A stretch of DNA of 64,000 nucleotides from Aureliella sp. (GCA_963691875.1 OY829846.1:3872001-3936000), one strand, 5' to 3'; counted from the stretch's first letter, positions 40,262 through 50,095 are shown. Translations and numbers: made by a program. Notes: generated by a model from the sequence alone, not told the origin.

Positions 40262-41746
40262 TTAACGAATATTGTCAAGAAACGCGTCTGCCTGCTTGAG
40301 ATGATCCTCTCGTTTCAATTCGTCCATCTTCTTGGCCATGCTGCACATCATGGCCCAGCGTGGATTCTTGGCTAACTCGTCCACATGATTCCATATCCAG
40401 CGCCAATAGAGTCCATCCCAGACTTTGCACCACTCGCCCTGCTTGTAGTGGCTCATTTTTCGGATGTACGAAGAGCCTGAGAAGTAGGGCTTGGTCGTAA
40501 TCGCTCCACCATCGGCGTGTTGGCTCATCGCAAAAACGTTGGGCACCATCACCCAATCGTAACTATCGACAAACATCTCCATGAACCAACGATAAATTTC
40601 ATCAGGATCTATCTCGCACAGGAACATGAAACCGCCAAGCACCATCAAGCGTTCAATGTGGTGACAGTAGCCGGTGTCCAGAATTCGCTTAATCGTATCG
40701 TCAATGGGATCGATTCCCGTGGAACCATCGTAGAAGCTCGCAGGCATCTGCCGGTGATGTGACCAGTGATTCGTCGTTCGCATTGGAACGCCAAGATCTT
40801 CGTAAGTGGCTCGCATGAACTCACGCCATCCGATCACTTGACGAATGAAGCCTTCAAGCGAGTTCAACGGGACTTCGTGTTTTTCTTCGAAATCTAGCGT
40901 CGCGTCGACGACTTGCTGAGGCGTCAACAGGCCAATGTTTAGAGCCGGGGTCAGAACGCTATGCCAAAGCCAAGATTCTCCTTCCAGAATGGCATCTTCA
41001 TAGTCGCCAAACATCTCGAATCTATGCGCTAGGAAGTGCTTGAGCCATGCTTCCGCGGCCTGGTGGGAACTCGGAAAGTAGAGCCGTTCAAGACTGCCAG
41101 GGTGATCTGCAAAACGTTGTTCAACATACTCAATCGCCTCATGATCAAACTCATCACGCGAAAGAGCCAGATTCTCTGGTAAGTCAGGCAACAGTTTCTT
41201 CGGTACCTTCTTTCGATTTTCAGAGTCAAAACTCCACTGACCGCCAACGGGCTCACCGTCTTCGACCAAAATATCGAGGCGCTGCCGCTGCCACTTGTAG
41301 AAGTCAGCCATGAACCAGCGTTTCTTACCTGCGCGATACGACTGATTTTCCCGGGAGCTGTTGAGAAAGCCGGGATTCGGAAGCAATTCGAGATGCAGAT
41401 CAAGGTTGTGGCTAGCCGCACGCAATCTCTTCTCCAAGATGAAATCGGTGGGATCTACGGCTATAAGCTTCGACTCCTTCTTCTTCAGCACTTGCCGCAA
41501 CTGATCTGCAAGCGACGAATCTGGTGCATACTCAAGATACTGAACTTTATACCCCGCAGGTGTTAGGACAGACTCATAGCGTTTCATAGTCGCCCGGTGT
41601 AGCCAGAGCTTCTGCTTATGAAACTTTGCCGGATAGCGATTGTCTCCGAAAAACAACGAGTCCTCGATCAGTACGATCTGTGATGGCTCATACGCCAATC
41701 CTGGATGCTGCTTGTACAGCTGATGCGGGAAAACCAAAAGAGCCAT
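40262..41746 (-). CDS. COG3046-type bacterial (6-4) photolyase-like protein (PhrB/CryB group)
   Basis: FPHQL, HKQKL, GGQWSFDSENRK, EGFIRQVIGWREF, HHIERLM, VDSYDWVMVPN and TKPY motifs. Confidence 0.9.
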   Translation of the reverse strand: MALLVFPHQLYKQHPGLAYEPSQIVLIEDSLFFGDNRYPAKFHKQKLWLHRATMKRYESVLTPAGYKVQYLEYAPDSSLADQLRQVLKKKESKLIAVDPTDFILEKRLRAASHNLDLHLELLPNPGFLNSSRENQSYRAGKKRWFMADFYKWQRQRLDILVEDGEPVGGQWSFDSENRKKVPKKLLPDLPENLALSRDEFDHEAIEYVEQRFADHPGSLERLYFPSSHQAAEAWLKHFLAHRFEMFGDYEDAILEGESWLWHSVLTPALNIGLLTPQQVVDATLDFEEKHEVPLNSLEGFIRQVIGWREFMRATYEDLGVPMRTTNHWSHHRQMPASFYDGSTGIDPIDDTIKRILDTGYCHHIERLMVLGGFMFLCEIDPDEIYRWFMEMFVDSYDWVMVPNVFAMSQHADGGAITTKPYFSGSSYIRKMSHYKQGEWCKVWDGLYWRWIWNHVDELAKNPRWAMMCSMAKKMDELKREDHLKQADAFLDNIR

Positions 41747-41885
41747 TGAGGGGCAACCTAGACGCGATAAAGAATCAATACTGGTAGGACAGTATAGAAC
41801 GACACCAATGCCAACCTTTCTCGCCTTGCCCGAGACTTAAACTATCACGTTTCGATGTCATCTTTTCTTCGGCCGGTGCGATCTG

Positions 41886-42053
41886 ATGAACCAAAAGCCA
41901 ACCAAGAACTGCCTCAACTGCGGCAGACCATTTACTTGGCGGAAGAAGTGGAAGGCAAACTGGGACCGCGTCTTATATTGCAGCAAGCGATGTCGTAGCG
42001 AAAAACCGAACAGCAAGAGACTGAGTAGCGAACTTAACGATGCAAGAAACTGA
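41886..42053 (+). CDS. DUF2256 family small Cys4 protein
   Basis: Manual translation: MNQKPTKNCLNCGRPFTWRKKWKANWDRVLYCSKRCRSEKPNSKRLSSELNDARN*; below the ORF-track cutoff; overlaps the next start. Confidence 0.9.
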   Translation: MNQKPTKNCLNCGRPFTWRKKWKANWDRVLYCSKRCRSEKPNSKRLSSELNDARN

Positions 42054-44490
42054 CATTCTCGAGAGTCTCCCTGCCGAGTTGCTGGAACGCTTGCGAAGTG
42101 AAAACGCGAAGGAGTTCTTACAAAGCGGCGAGTTCGTTCTGTATTGGATGCGGACCGCAATTCGCGTGGATGAAAACCCAGCGTTGAATACAGCAATCCA
42201 GTTGGCCAATCAGCTGCAGAAGCCCCTGCTGGTTTACCAAGGCCTCACCGAACGCTATCCCTTTGCATCGGATCGCCATCATAGCTTCGTGTTACAGGGG
42301 GCGAAGGATGTTCAACTGGCCTTTACAGAAAGAGAAATTCAGTACGCCCTCCACGTCGAAAGAGACGGGCATCGTGGCAGACACCTTAAGACGCTTGCGG
42401 ATCGAGCAGCGGTTGTCGTCACCGAAGACATGCCGACCGAACCACTTCGCACCTGGACAGAGAAACTTGCCAAGATAGTTTCTTGCCGACTCGTTACTGT
42501 GGACTGTGCTTGCGTAGTGTCCATGCAATTGGTCAGGAAAAGCTACGATCGCGCCTTTGCATTTCGCGATGCCACGAAAAAGTATTACGCAAAGCGAGTT
42601 ACGCGTCGCGGGCTGGACTCAGTACTAGATGTTGAACAACACAAACCAATCCAACTCCCCTTTGAACAGGTCGACTTGCAGCAGACGGCCATCGCGCACT
42701 TGGTGCAACAGTGTTCCGTCGATCACTCGATCGGTCCGGTGGCACATACTCGCGGAGGCTCAAAGGCTGGCTACAAACGATGGAATGAGTTTCAAACAAA
42801 CGGCCTTAGTAACTACGATCGACGTCGCAACAATGCGTTGATCGATGGAGTCAGCCGTCTGTCGGCTTACCTGCACTACGGAATGATCTCGCCGATGCGA
42901 ATCGCCCGCGAGGCGACAGAACATGGGAGTAAAGGAGCAAATAAGTTCCTCGACGAACTGCTCATCTGGCGTGAACTCGCTTACGCATTCTGTTTCTACC
43001 GGCGAGATCATGGCAGGCTTTCCGCAGTTCCCGCCTGGGCTCGGGAAACCCTTCAGTCACACGAGGTGGACGACAGAGAGCTGCTATCCTGGGAAACGAT
43101 GGCTCGCGGTCAGACAGGTGACTGCATCTGGGATTCCGCCCAACGATCGTTGTTAATCCACGGCGAACTACACAACAATGTTCGAATGACTTGGGGTAAA
43201 GCCATTCTCGCTTGGACGAAAGATTCGAAGCAAGCCCTCAAGAGAATTATCGATCTCAATCATCGTTACGCGCTTGACGGCCGTGACCCAGCTTCCTTCG
43301 GTGGAATCCTCTGGTGCTTAGGTCAGTTTGATCGCCCGTTCTCGCCAGAGCAGCCGATCTTTGGCTCCGTTCGTGGCCGCTCGACGCAGGAACATGCCAA
43401 ACGCTTGAATCCCGAGGCTTATAGAAAGATTACGTCCCGAGCACTTTGGAAGCCAGTTCCTAGGATCGCTGTAGTGGGAACAGGACTCTCTGGTCTGGCC
43501 TGCGCTCGAACTTTGGCCGATCACGGTGCGAGCGTGCAGGTTTTTGAAAAGAGCCGCGGACTGGGCGGACGCATGGCAACCAGACGCATCGAAGGCGTGG
43601 GGAGCTTTGATCACGGCGCCCAGTATTTCACCGCTCGCGACAAGCGATTCCAGCGATACGTTCAGTCGTGGCAAGAGGACCAGGTCGTTCAGACTTGGGA
43701 AGGAAGAATCGTCTCGCTCCGCCAAGGTCAGGTAGAGGCAGAAAAGTCCGCAGTTCAGCGCTATGTTGCTTCGCCTGGAATGAGCTCCCTCGGCAAGCAC
43801 CTAGCTTCGGACCTCCCAGTGGAATTCGATACACGAGTGGAGAGTGTCTGCCGAAAGGATGAGAAATGGAATGCTTCCGATGAGAATGGAAACAACCTAG
43901 GCCAGTTCGACTTTGTGGTGCTCGCAGTTCCTTCGCATCAAGCAAGCGACTTGTTATCCGACGCTCCGGACTTGAAAACGCAAGCTGCACGAATAGAAAT
44001 GCGCGCCTGTTGGGGACTGATGCTAGGTTTTGAAGACCGCCTCGAACTGGAATTCGATGGAGCCTTCGTACAAGACTCTCCTTTGGCGTGGATTGCCAAG
44101 AACAGCAGCAAGCCGGGATGTGAAAGCCAAAACGAAACCTGGATGGTTCACGCCAACGCTGACTGGAGCATGGAGCACTATGAAAAACCAGAGTCCGAGG
44201 TATCCGAACAACTCATGGCGGAATTTGAAGCCGCGACTGGTTTAAGTGATTTGCGTCCGATTCATGTCTCGACGAAACGCTGGAGGTATGCTCAACCGGT
44301 GAATCCTCACCCGGACAGCTGCCTCTTCGATGAAACGCAACGGATTGGAGCTTGCGGTGACTGGTGCGGCGGTCCGAGGGTCGAAGGCGCTTTTCTCAGC
44401 GGCATGGCCATCGCAGGCCGCATTATGGGAGTCCTAGACGAGCACTTCGCTGCACCGGCGAATCCGCCCGAGCAGCTTTCTCTTTTCTAA
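42040..44490 (+). CDS. Fusion of a class II-like CPD photolyase and a renalase-like FAD-dependent oxidoreductase
   Basis: VLYWMRTAIR, SRLSAYLHYG, LHNNVRMTWGK and YALDGRDP, then AVVGTGLSGL..FEKSRGLGGRMATRR..FDHGAQYFT and GDWCGGPRVEGAFLSG. Confidence 0.9.
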   Translation: MQETDILESLPAELLERLRSENAKEFLQSGEFVLYWMRTAIRVDENPALNTAIQLANQLQKPLLVYQGLTERYPFASDRHHSFVLQGAKDVQLAFTEREIQYALHVERDGHRGRHLKTLADRAAVVVTEDMPTEPLRTWTEKLAKIVSCRLVTVDCACVVSMQLVRKSYDRAFAFRDATKKYYAKRVTRRGLDSVLDVEQHKPIQLPFEQVDLQQTAIAHLVQQCSVDHSIGPVAHTRGGSKAGYKRWNEFQTNGLSNYDRRRNNALIDGVSRLSAYLHYGMISPMRIAREATEHGSKGANKFLDELLIWRELAYAFCFYRRDHGRLSAVPAWARETLQSHEVDDRELLSWETMARGQTGDCIWDSAQRSLLIHGELHNNVRMTWGKAILAWTKDSKQALKRIIDLNHRYALDGRDPASFGGILWCLGQFDRPFSPEQPIFGSVRGRSTQEHAKRLNPEAYRKITSRALWKPVPRIAVVGTGLSGLACARTLADHGASVQVFEKSRGLGGRMATRRIEGVGSFDHGAQYFTARDKRFQRYVQSWQEDQVVQTWEGRIVSLRQGQVEAEKSAVQRYVASPGMSSLGKHLASDLPVEFDTRVESVCRKDEKWNASDENGNNLGQFDFVVLAVPSHQASDLLSDAPDLKTQAARIEMRACWGLMLGFEDRLELEFDGAFVQDSPLAWIAKNSSKPGCESQNETWMVHANADWSMEHYEKPESEVSEQLMAEFEAATGLSDLRPIHVSTKRWRYAQPVNPHPDSCLFDETQRIGACGDWCGGPRVEGAFLSGMAIAGRIMGVLDEHFAAPANPPEQLSLF

Positions 44491-44520
44491 ACGCCCGAAT
44501 TCTCACCCGCGGAACAAAGC

Positions 44521-45003
44521 TTAGGAAGCTTGCTCGGCCTCACGTTGCTTCCGTGCCGCGATAAACGACTGGATGCAAAGAAAGACAAATACCCCGCAGA
44601 TGAGCGCCATCAACCATACAAACAAGAAACTTCGCTGATTCAGACTAGGGTCACCGGAGAAGAACTTGCCCAGGCCCATTGCCCCGCGACCTGCACCTGC
44701 CAACGCTCCCAGCAAGCCAACGGTCGCCGCGCCGTGCATTGCGTGCATTCGCATTGATTCTTTCAAAGCGAGTGCTCCAAAGAAGGCCAACAGAATTCCG
44801 ACGAATGCGGGAATCAACGCGGTCACCGATTTCTTCGCTGGCTTATCTTCGGCATCGCCTTCCGAAGAACTTTCCGCGGCTGAATCAGTTCCCTCTGCTA
44901 CAGCCACTCCATCGGCACTTGCTTGAGCTGGCTCGTGGCCCATATAGCCAACCACGCCTAAGCCAATGAGAAGAAGTCCACAGATGATTGCTACTTTTGC
45001 CAT
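44521..45003 (-). CDS. Hypothetical membrane protein
   Basis: About 4 TM helices; SVTALIPAFVG and RMHAMH motifs. Confidence 0.75.
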   Translation of the reverse strand: MAKVAIICGLLLIGLGVVGYMGHEPAQASADGVAVAEGTDSAAESSSEGDAEDKPAKKSVTALIPAFVGILLAFFGALALKESMRMHAMHGAATVGLLGALAGAGRGAMGLGKFFSGDPSLNQRSFLFVWLMALICGVFVFLCIQSFIAARKQREAEQAS

Positions 45004-45252
45004 GATCTCGTTTCAAAGTGGGGAGTATCGAAGTTTCTATTGTATGAAATCGTGGGATGAAGGCGAGCCAGGATGCTGTTTCCCAATACGAGCACGCGGC
45101 ATTAGCCGGTGAGCCTCAGTTTATAAGCCCAGCCATAGGCGCTGGCTTGTCTGGATGATTTACGCAGCCAATCACTGCACGTGCAGCCTGTGATCGGGTC
45201 AGTTGAGGACAATCGGCCTACTTTTCCAAACCCTGCGGCCCCTAGCACCTAG

Positions 45253-45540
45253 CTATATGTAGTGGACGTGGCAGCAGCCGCGAAGCTCTTCGTAGCAGTG
45301 GTGGCAGAGTATCAAGACTTGATTGCCAATGTCGGCTGCTGTTTCAGATACTTCATTCCACTCGCCCTCCGCTGAAAAATGCTCGTGGCACTTCGCGCAC
45401 CAAGCACTCGGCCAAGCGTCATCGTCGATCGGCTCCGAGGAATACCACTCATGATTCTCACCACGGGCAAGGTGACCACACACATATGTGACGCAGCCTT
45501 TTCCATGCTCTTCGCAGTCGACTAAGTCATCATCGGCCAT
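45253..45540 (-). CDS. Small Cys/His-rich hypothetical protein (putative Zn-binding)
   Basis: CEEH, CGH, CAKC and CHHC motifs; AAGGAG RBS upstream. Confidence 0.7.
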   Translation of the reverse strand: MADDDLVDCEEHGKGCVTYVCGHLARGENHEWYSSEPIDDDAWPSAWCAKCHEHFSAEGEWNEVSETAADIGNQVLILCHHCYEELRGCCHVHYI

Positions 45541-45591
45541 ATTTCGCTCCTTATTGGAGTTGGATTGAGTTGATAGTGAGGTGAAGGAGAT

Positions 45592-46404
45592 TCAGGAGCG
45601 GAACCTCACGCGGTAATTCAGGGGAGTCAGTCCTGTGGAAGACTTAAATTGGCGCGAAAAATGACTCTGGTCATAGAATCCGCATTGATTTGCAATATGT
45701 GACATCGGTAAGTCAGTCGTCTCAAGAAAGTGCCTCGCGACTCCAATACGCACCTCACGCAGGTAGCGATTAGGAGTGATTCCAAAGTGGTTTGCAAACT
45801 CACGCTGAAGCTGACTCACGGATAGCAGAACATGCTCGGCCATGTCTGTTACTTCGATATCCGACGCAAAGTGCTCGGAGACAAAGGCTACAACACTCAT
45901 CAAGCGGCTGTGCCCTGACGATCCGTCATCTGAAAGTTCGTACGGACGCTTCACGCCTGCGATTCCTGCTACCCGGCCATCATGATCAAGCAAAGGTATT
46001 TTGCTGCAAAGACAGACACGAGGGACTCCACTGTGGCCAGGGACTAGCCACACTTGATTGGAAAGCCCTTCACCAGAATCGATCACGCGCCGATCCTCAG
46101 CCACGTACTGTGTCGCGATAGCGGGCGGGAAGTACTCGAAGTCAGTCTTGCCAATCAACTCTGCTGGATCGTCCACACCAACTACCTCAGCCACGACACG
46201 ATTTGCTTTCACGAAACGACTCTGCGAGTCCTTGATGTACACGTACACACCAGGCAGTATGTCGAAGAGATCCAGCAACTGAAGCGGACGCTCAAGACTA
46301 TGAAAGAACCGCTCTTGCCACTGCTCGGGCCCGCAGGACTCGAAGTCCAAATTCGCCGCGGAAAGTTTTTCTTTCCCTAACTGCTTTGTTTGTTTTTTCG
46401 CCAT
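45592..46404 (-). CDS. AraC family regulator with N-terminal PAS domain
   Basis: [20 protein letters not shown] (PAS_4); [18 protein letters not shown] (AraC HTH). Confidence 0.9.
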   Translation of the reverse strand: MAKKQTKQLGKEKLSAANLDFESCGPEQWQERFFHSLERPLQLLDLFDILPGVYVYIKDSQSRFVKANRVVAEVVGVDDPAELIGKTDFEYFPPAIATQYVAEDRRVIDSGEGLSNQVWLVPGHSGVPRVCLCSKIPLLDHDGRVAGIAGVKRPYELSDDGSSGHSRLMSVVAFVSEHFASDIEVTDMAEHVLLSVSQLQREFANHFGITPNRYLREVRIGVARHFLETTDLPMSHIANQCGFYDQSHFSRQFKSSTGLTPLNYRVRFRS

Positions 46405-46501
46405 GCGGCGAATATACAAAAAGACGGAAGGTTCCTGCAATCTTCATTGGGCAGCTTCCAGCATAATTTCACCATCACTAATCACTCACTGGAAGCTAGA
46501 A

Positions 46502-46918
46502 ATGACCGAGTCGAAAAAAAGTCCCCTTTGTTCTGATACCGCCAAGCGAATCTTGGAAGCAGCACTCGAAAAGTCAATAGAACTAGGCGTCAAAATGAAT
46601 ATCGCCATCGTCGACGGTGGCGCCAACCTCAAGGCTTTTGAGCGGATGGATGGAGCGTGGTTAGGCAGCATCGATATCGCGTGCAAGAAGGCCAAGACCG
46701 CTCGACTGTTCGATATGCCGACAGGAGAAATCGGCCAAATCTCTCAGCCTGGCGCATCTTTGTACAACATTGAGCATTCCAACGAAGGCTTGATTACCTT
46801 TCCCGGCGGCTTGCCCATCTCAGATGAAGAAGGATGCGTTATCGGCGCGGTTGGCGTCTCTGGCTCCACTGTTGAAAATGACCACTTAGTTGCCATGGCA
46901 GCCGTCTCAGCGGCCTAG
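46502..46918 (+). CDS. GlcG/HbpS family heme-binding protein
   Basis: [35 protein letters not shown] and GAVGVSG motifs. Confidence 0.9.
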   Translation: MTESKKSPLCSDTAKRILEAALEKSIELGVKMNIAIVDGGANLKAFERMDGAWLGSIDIACKKAKTARLFDMPTGEIGQISQPGASLYNIEHSNEGLITFPGGLPISDEEGCVIGAVGVSGSTVENDHLVAMAAVSAA

Positions 46919-46932
46919 AGGCATGAAACAAC

Positions 46933-47090
46933 GTTCCGAAGTCGTCAAGATTTTCAGCAGTAGCGGACGAGGTTACGCGTCCGGTAGCACAGCCCCAGGA
47001 TCCGGGTCGAAAGCAATACCGCGCCTACGATTGGTCACTATACGATTACACCCTAGCCCTGTTCGTAGCGGAACTCGTCAAGAGTTTCGG
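46933..47090 (+). repeat. Two GTAG-type REP-like copies
   Basis: gttccgaagtcgtcaagattttc (46933) and gtagcggaactcgtcaagagtttcgg (47065, palindromic gaactc/gagttt). Confidence 0.6.
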
Positions 47091-47184
47091 CACTACATTC
47101 ACACGTGGCCTATGCCACTAGTTTTCTCGATTAGAATACTTTTCTTGTCTGCCAGTCCTACTTCGCTGCATGAATTGAGTACCT

Positions 47185-49974
47185 ATGAGATTCCTTCTTG
47201 GCCTGTTACTAGCGTTCTGCCTCTGTGCGAACGCTCGTGCCGCTAATCCGAAGCCGCCGAACATCCTTCTGATTCTTTCGGATGATCAAGGCTACTCCGA
47301 CTACGGCTTTATGGGGCATCCCCATATTGAAACGCCCAATCTGGACAAACTCGCTTCAGAGAGCGCGTTGTTCCGTCGCGGTTACGTGCCCACAGCGCTC
47401 TGCCGGCCAGCATTGATGACCTTGGTCACCGGACTTTATTCCCACCAGAATAAGACGACTGGCAACGATCCAGCCAATACTGCGGCCAACAAAGCTCATG
47501 CTGCGAGAACCGGCAAAGACGCGCGCGAAGTTCTGATATCCCACATTGACGAGACCGGAGCCTTGCCGCATTGGTTGTCGGAGAAAGGATACGTTAGTTA
47601 CCAAAGTGGCAAATGGTGGGAGGGTTCCTATCAGCGTGGTGGATTCACTGAAGGCATGACGAAGGGTTTTCCCAACAAGGGCGGTCGGCACGGAGATGCG
47701 GGCTTGAAAATCGGCCGTGAAGGACTCGAGCCCGTCACAGACTTTATCGATCGCAGTGTTGCCTCTGAGAAACCGTTTTTTGTGTGGTACGCGCCCTTCA
47801 TGCCACATACGCCTCACACACCACCTGAGCGTCTATTCAAGAAGTATCAGGGTAAGGCAGGCGTTTCGGATCGCGTGGCGAAGTACTACGCCATGTGCGA
47901 ATGGTTTGACGAGACTTGTGGGGATCTCCTGAAGCACTTGGACGATTCCGGCGTCGCGGACAACACTCTGGTTGTATACGTGACCGACAATGGATGGATC
48001 CAATCCGACACCGGAAGCTACGCGGCAAGATCCAAACGCAGTCCATACGAGTTTGGAATTCGAACGCCGATCATGTTCCGTTGGCCAGGAGTCATCGCAC
48101 CTGCGGATCGCCCCGAGCTTTGCTCCTCGATCGACTTTGTGCCAACTGCTTTGGCTGCGGCTGGAGCCAAAGGCGCGCATGACTTTCCGGGACTCAATCT
48201 GCTGCAAGAGTTGAAATCAGGAAAACCCCTCCAGCGTAACACCTTGTTCGGAGAAACCTTCGCGCACGACATCGCGGATGTGCAGAAGCCATCAGAATCA
48301 CTGCTCTATCGTTGGGTGATTCGGGATCACGACAAGCTACTGCTTACTTATGACGGCGCCCCTGGCAAGATGAAGTATCCGCCGCAGGACTCGGAGGCCA
48401 AGCTGTTTGAGTTGAAGCGAGATCCCAACGAGACATCGAACCTAGCATTGGAGAATCCTGCCACGGTCGAAGAACTCAACGCACTGCTCGAAGATTGGTA
48501 TGTGCCAGACGGCCGACAGGCTGGCAAGTTCGCTGCCGCAATGCCGAAAGCGGCAAAGACCAAGCCTCGAGCAAGGAAGCCGGCCGCAAATCCGCAAGCC
48601 AAATCTCGCCCCAACATTTTGCTGCTCTACGCAGACGACCAGCGTAATCACACGCTGGGCTGTGCTGGACATCCGATCGTGAAAACTCCCAACATCGATC
48701 GGCTAGCAGGGCAGGGCGTGCGATTCGAGAACGCCTTTGTCACCACCTCCACTTGCTGGGTTGGTCGCTCTTGCTTGTTCACGGGCTGCTACGAGCGTCG
48801 GCATTTGTATCGCGTGACGCCAGGACCTTTAGATCCGGAACTTTGCACGAGCTCCTATTTCTCAGTTCTAAAAAAAGCTGGCTACCGAACAGGCCACCTC
48901 GGCAAGGAACATGTCAATCTCTCCGCGCAGTCCGCCTCCACCATGTTTGATTTCCGAAGAAAACTTGGGCGCAATCCTTACTTCAAAACACAAGAAGATG
49001 GGACTGAGCGACACGAAACCCAAATCCTTGGAGACTGGGGGATTGAGTTCCTGAAAGAGCAGCCGAAAGATCAACCATTCTGTCTCCAGCTGAGCTTCAA
49101 TGCCTCACATGCAGAGGATCGCGACAAGAGACCAGGCATCGGTCATTATCCTTGGCCTAAAGTCACCGATGGGATGTACGAGGATCAAACCATGCCCCTG
49201 CCGCCGCTGAATGATCCGGCCATTTACGCTTCGCAGCCAGACTTTTTGAAGCTATCCATCAATCGCGGACGATACTTTTGGCGATGGGATACACCCGAGA
49301 AGTACCAGACTAACATGCGAGCTTACTTTCGCATGATCAGCGGTATCGACCACGTAGCAGGCCGAATGGTCGAGCAGCTGAAGCAACAGGGACTCGTGGA
49401 CAACACCATCATCATCTACACCGCAGACAACGGATACTACCTCGGTGATCGAGGCTTTGCTGGCAAGTGGACGCATTACGATCAGTCGCTTCGAGTACCA
49501 CTGATTGTTTACGATCCTCGACTGCCTAAAGCCAGGCAGGGGCGGGTACTTTCTGAATACGCGCTCAACAGCGATCTGGCTTCGACGATGATTCAATTTG
49601 CTGGATTGCCAGTTCCCAAGTCTCATACTGGGCGTAGTCTTGTGCCCTTGGTACGAGGTAGAACTCCTGAGAATTGGCGAAGTGATTTTCTGTGCGAATT
49701 CCTGGCAGTACCGCGATCCATTCCTCAGTGGGAAGGCGTACGCGGGACTGTTTGGATGTACGCTCGCTACTTTGCAGAAGGTAAGGACCAACCGCCATTT
49801 GAATTCCTGCACGACTTGAAGCAAGATCCCAATCAGCTTGAGAACTTGGCCAAGTCACCCAAGCATGCTTCGGCACTAGAGCAAATGCGTGCTCGGTGTG
49901 ATACGCTGGTGGCAAGCGCCGGCCCTCCAATGAAAGAGATCGGTGAAGTGCAAAAGACGACAAAAAAGAAGTAG
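47185..49974 (+). CDS. Secreted tandem double sulfatase (two S1 domains)
   Basis: Signal peptide; PNILLILSDDQ..TPNLDKLA..CRPAL, then PNILLLYADDQ..TPNIDRLA..CWVGR; each domain has a DNG motif. Confidence 0.9.
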   Translation: MRFLLGLLLAFCLCANARAANPKPPNILLILSDDQGYSDYGFMGHPHIETPNLDKLASESALFRRGYVPTALCRPALMTLVTGLYSHQNKTTGNDPANTAANKAHAARTGKDAREVLISHIDETGALPHWLSEKGYVSYQSGKWWEGSYQRGGFTEGMTKGFPNKGGRHGDAGLKIGREGLEPVTDFIDRSVASEKPFFVWYAPFMPHTPHTPPERLFKKYQGKAGVSDRVAKYYAMCEWFDETCGDLLKHLDDSGVADNTLVVYVTDNGWIQSDTGSYAARSKRSPYEFGIRTPIMFRWPGVIAPADRPELCSSIDFVPTALAAAGAKGAHDFPGLNLLQELKSGKPLQRNTLFGETFAHDIADVQKPSESLLYRWVIRDHDKLLLTYDGAPGKMKYPPQDSEAKLFELKRDPNETSNLALENPATVEELNALLEDWYVPDGRQAGKFAAAMPKAAKTKPRARKPAANPQAKSRPNILLLYADDQRNHTLGCAGHPIVKTPNIDRLAGQGVRFENAFVTTSTCWVGRSCLFTGCYERRHLYRVTPGPLDPELCTSSYFSVLKKAGYRTGHLGKEHVNLSAQSASTMFDFRRKLGRNPYFKTQEDGTERHETQILGDWGIEFLKEQPKDQPFCLQLSFNASHAEDRDKRPGIGHYPWPKVTDGMYEDQTMPLPPLNDPAIYASQPDFLKLSINRGRYFWRWDTPEKYQTNMRAYFRMISGIDHVAGRMVEQLKQQGLVDNTIIIYTADNGYYLGDRGFAGKWTHYDQSLRVPLIVYDPRLPKARQGRVLSEYALNSDLASTMIQFAGLPVPKSHTGRSLVPLVRGRTPENWRSDFLCEFLAVPRSIPQWEGVRGTVWMYARYFAEGKDQPPFEFLHDLKQDPNQLENLAKSPKHASALEQMRARCDTLVASAGPPMKEIGEVQKTTKKK

Positions 49975-49984
49975 AAATCAGCAT

Positions 49985-50072
49985 CACTCTCCCGCAAGCG
50001 GGAAGAGCGGTGCCCCAGCGACGAGTGGGACCCCCTCCGCCTGTTTCCCGTGCGACTCTCCGGAGGGAGAGT
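49985..50072. repeat. CTCTCCC/GGGAGAG-type palindromic intergenic repeat
   Basis: cactctcccgcaagcgggaagag and gactctccggagggagagt hairpins. Confidence 0.5.
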
Positions 50073-50095
50073 AAATTCAGAAACCAAAGCTCACC

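Noticed and set aside
45253..45540. Cys-rich small protein as a RiPP precursor or toxin-immunity gene
   Set aside because: No modifying enzyme or toxin nearby; the Cys/His spacing fits a Zn-binding fold better.
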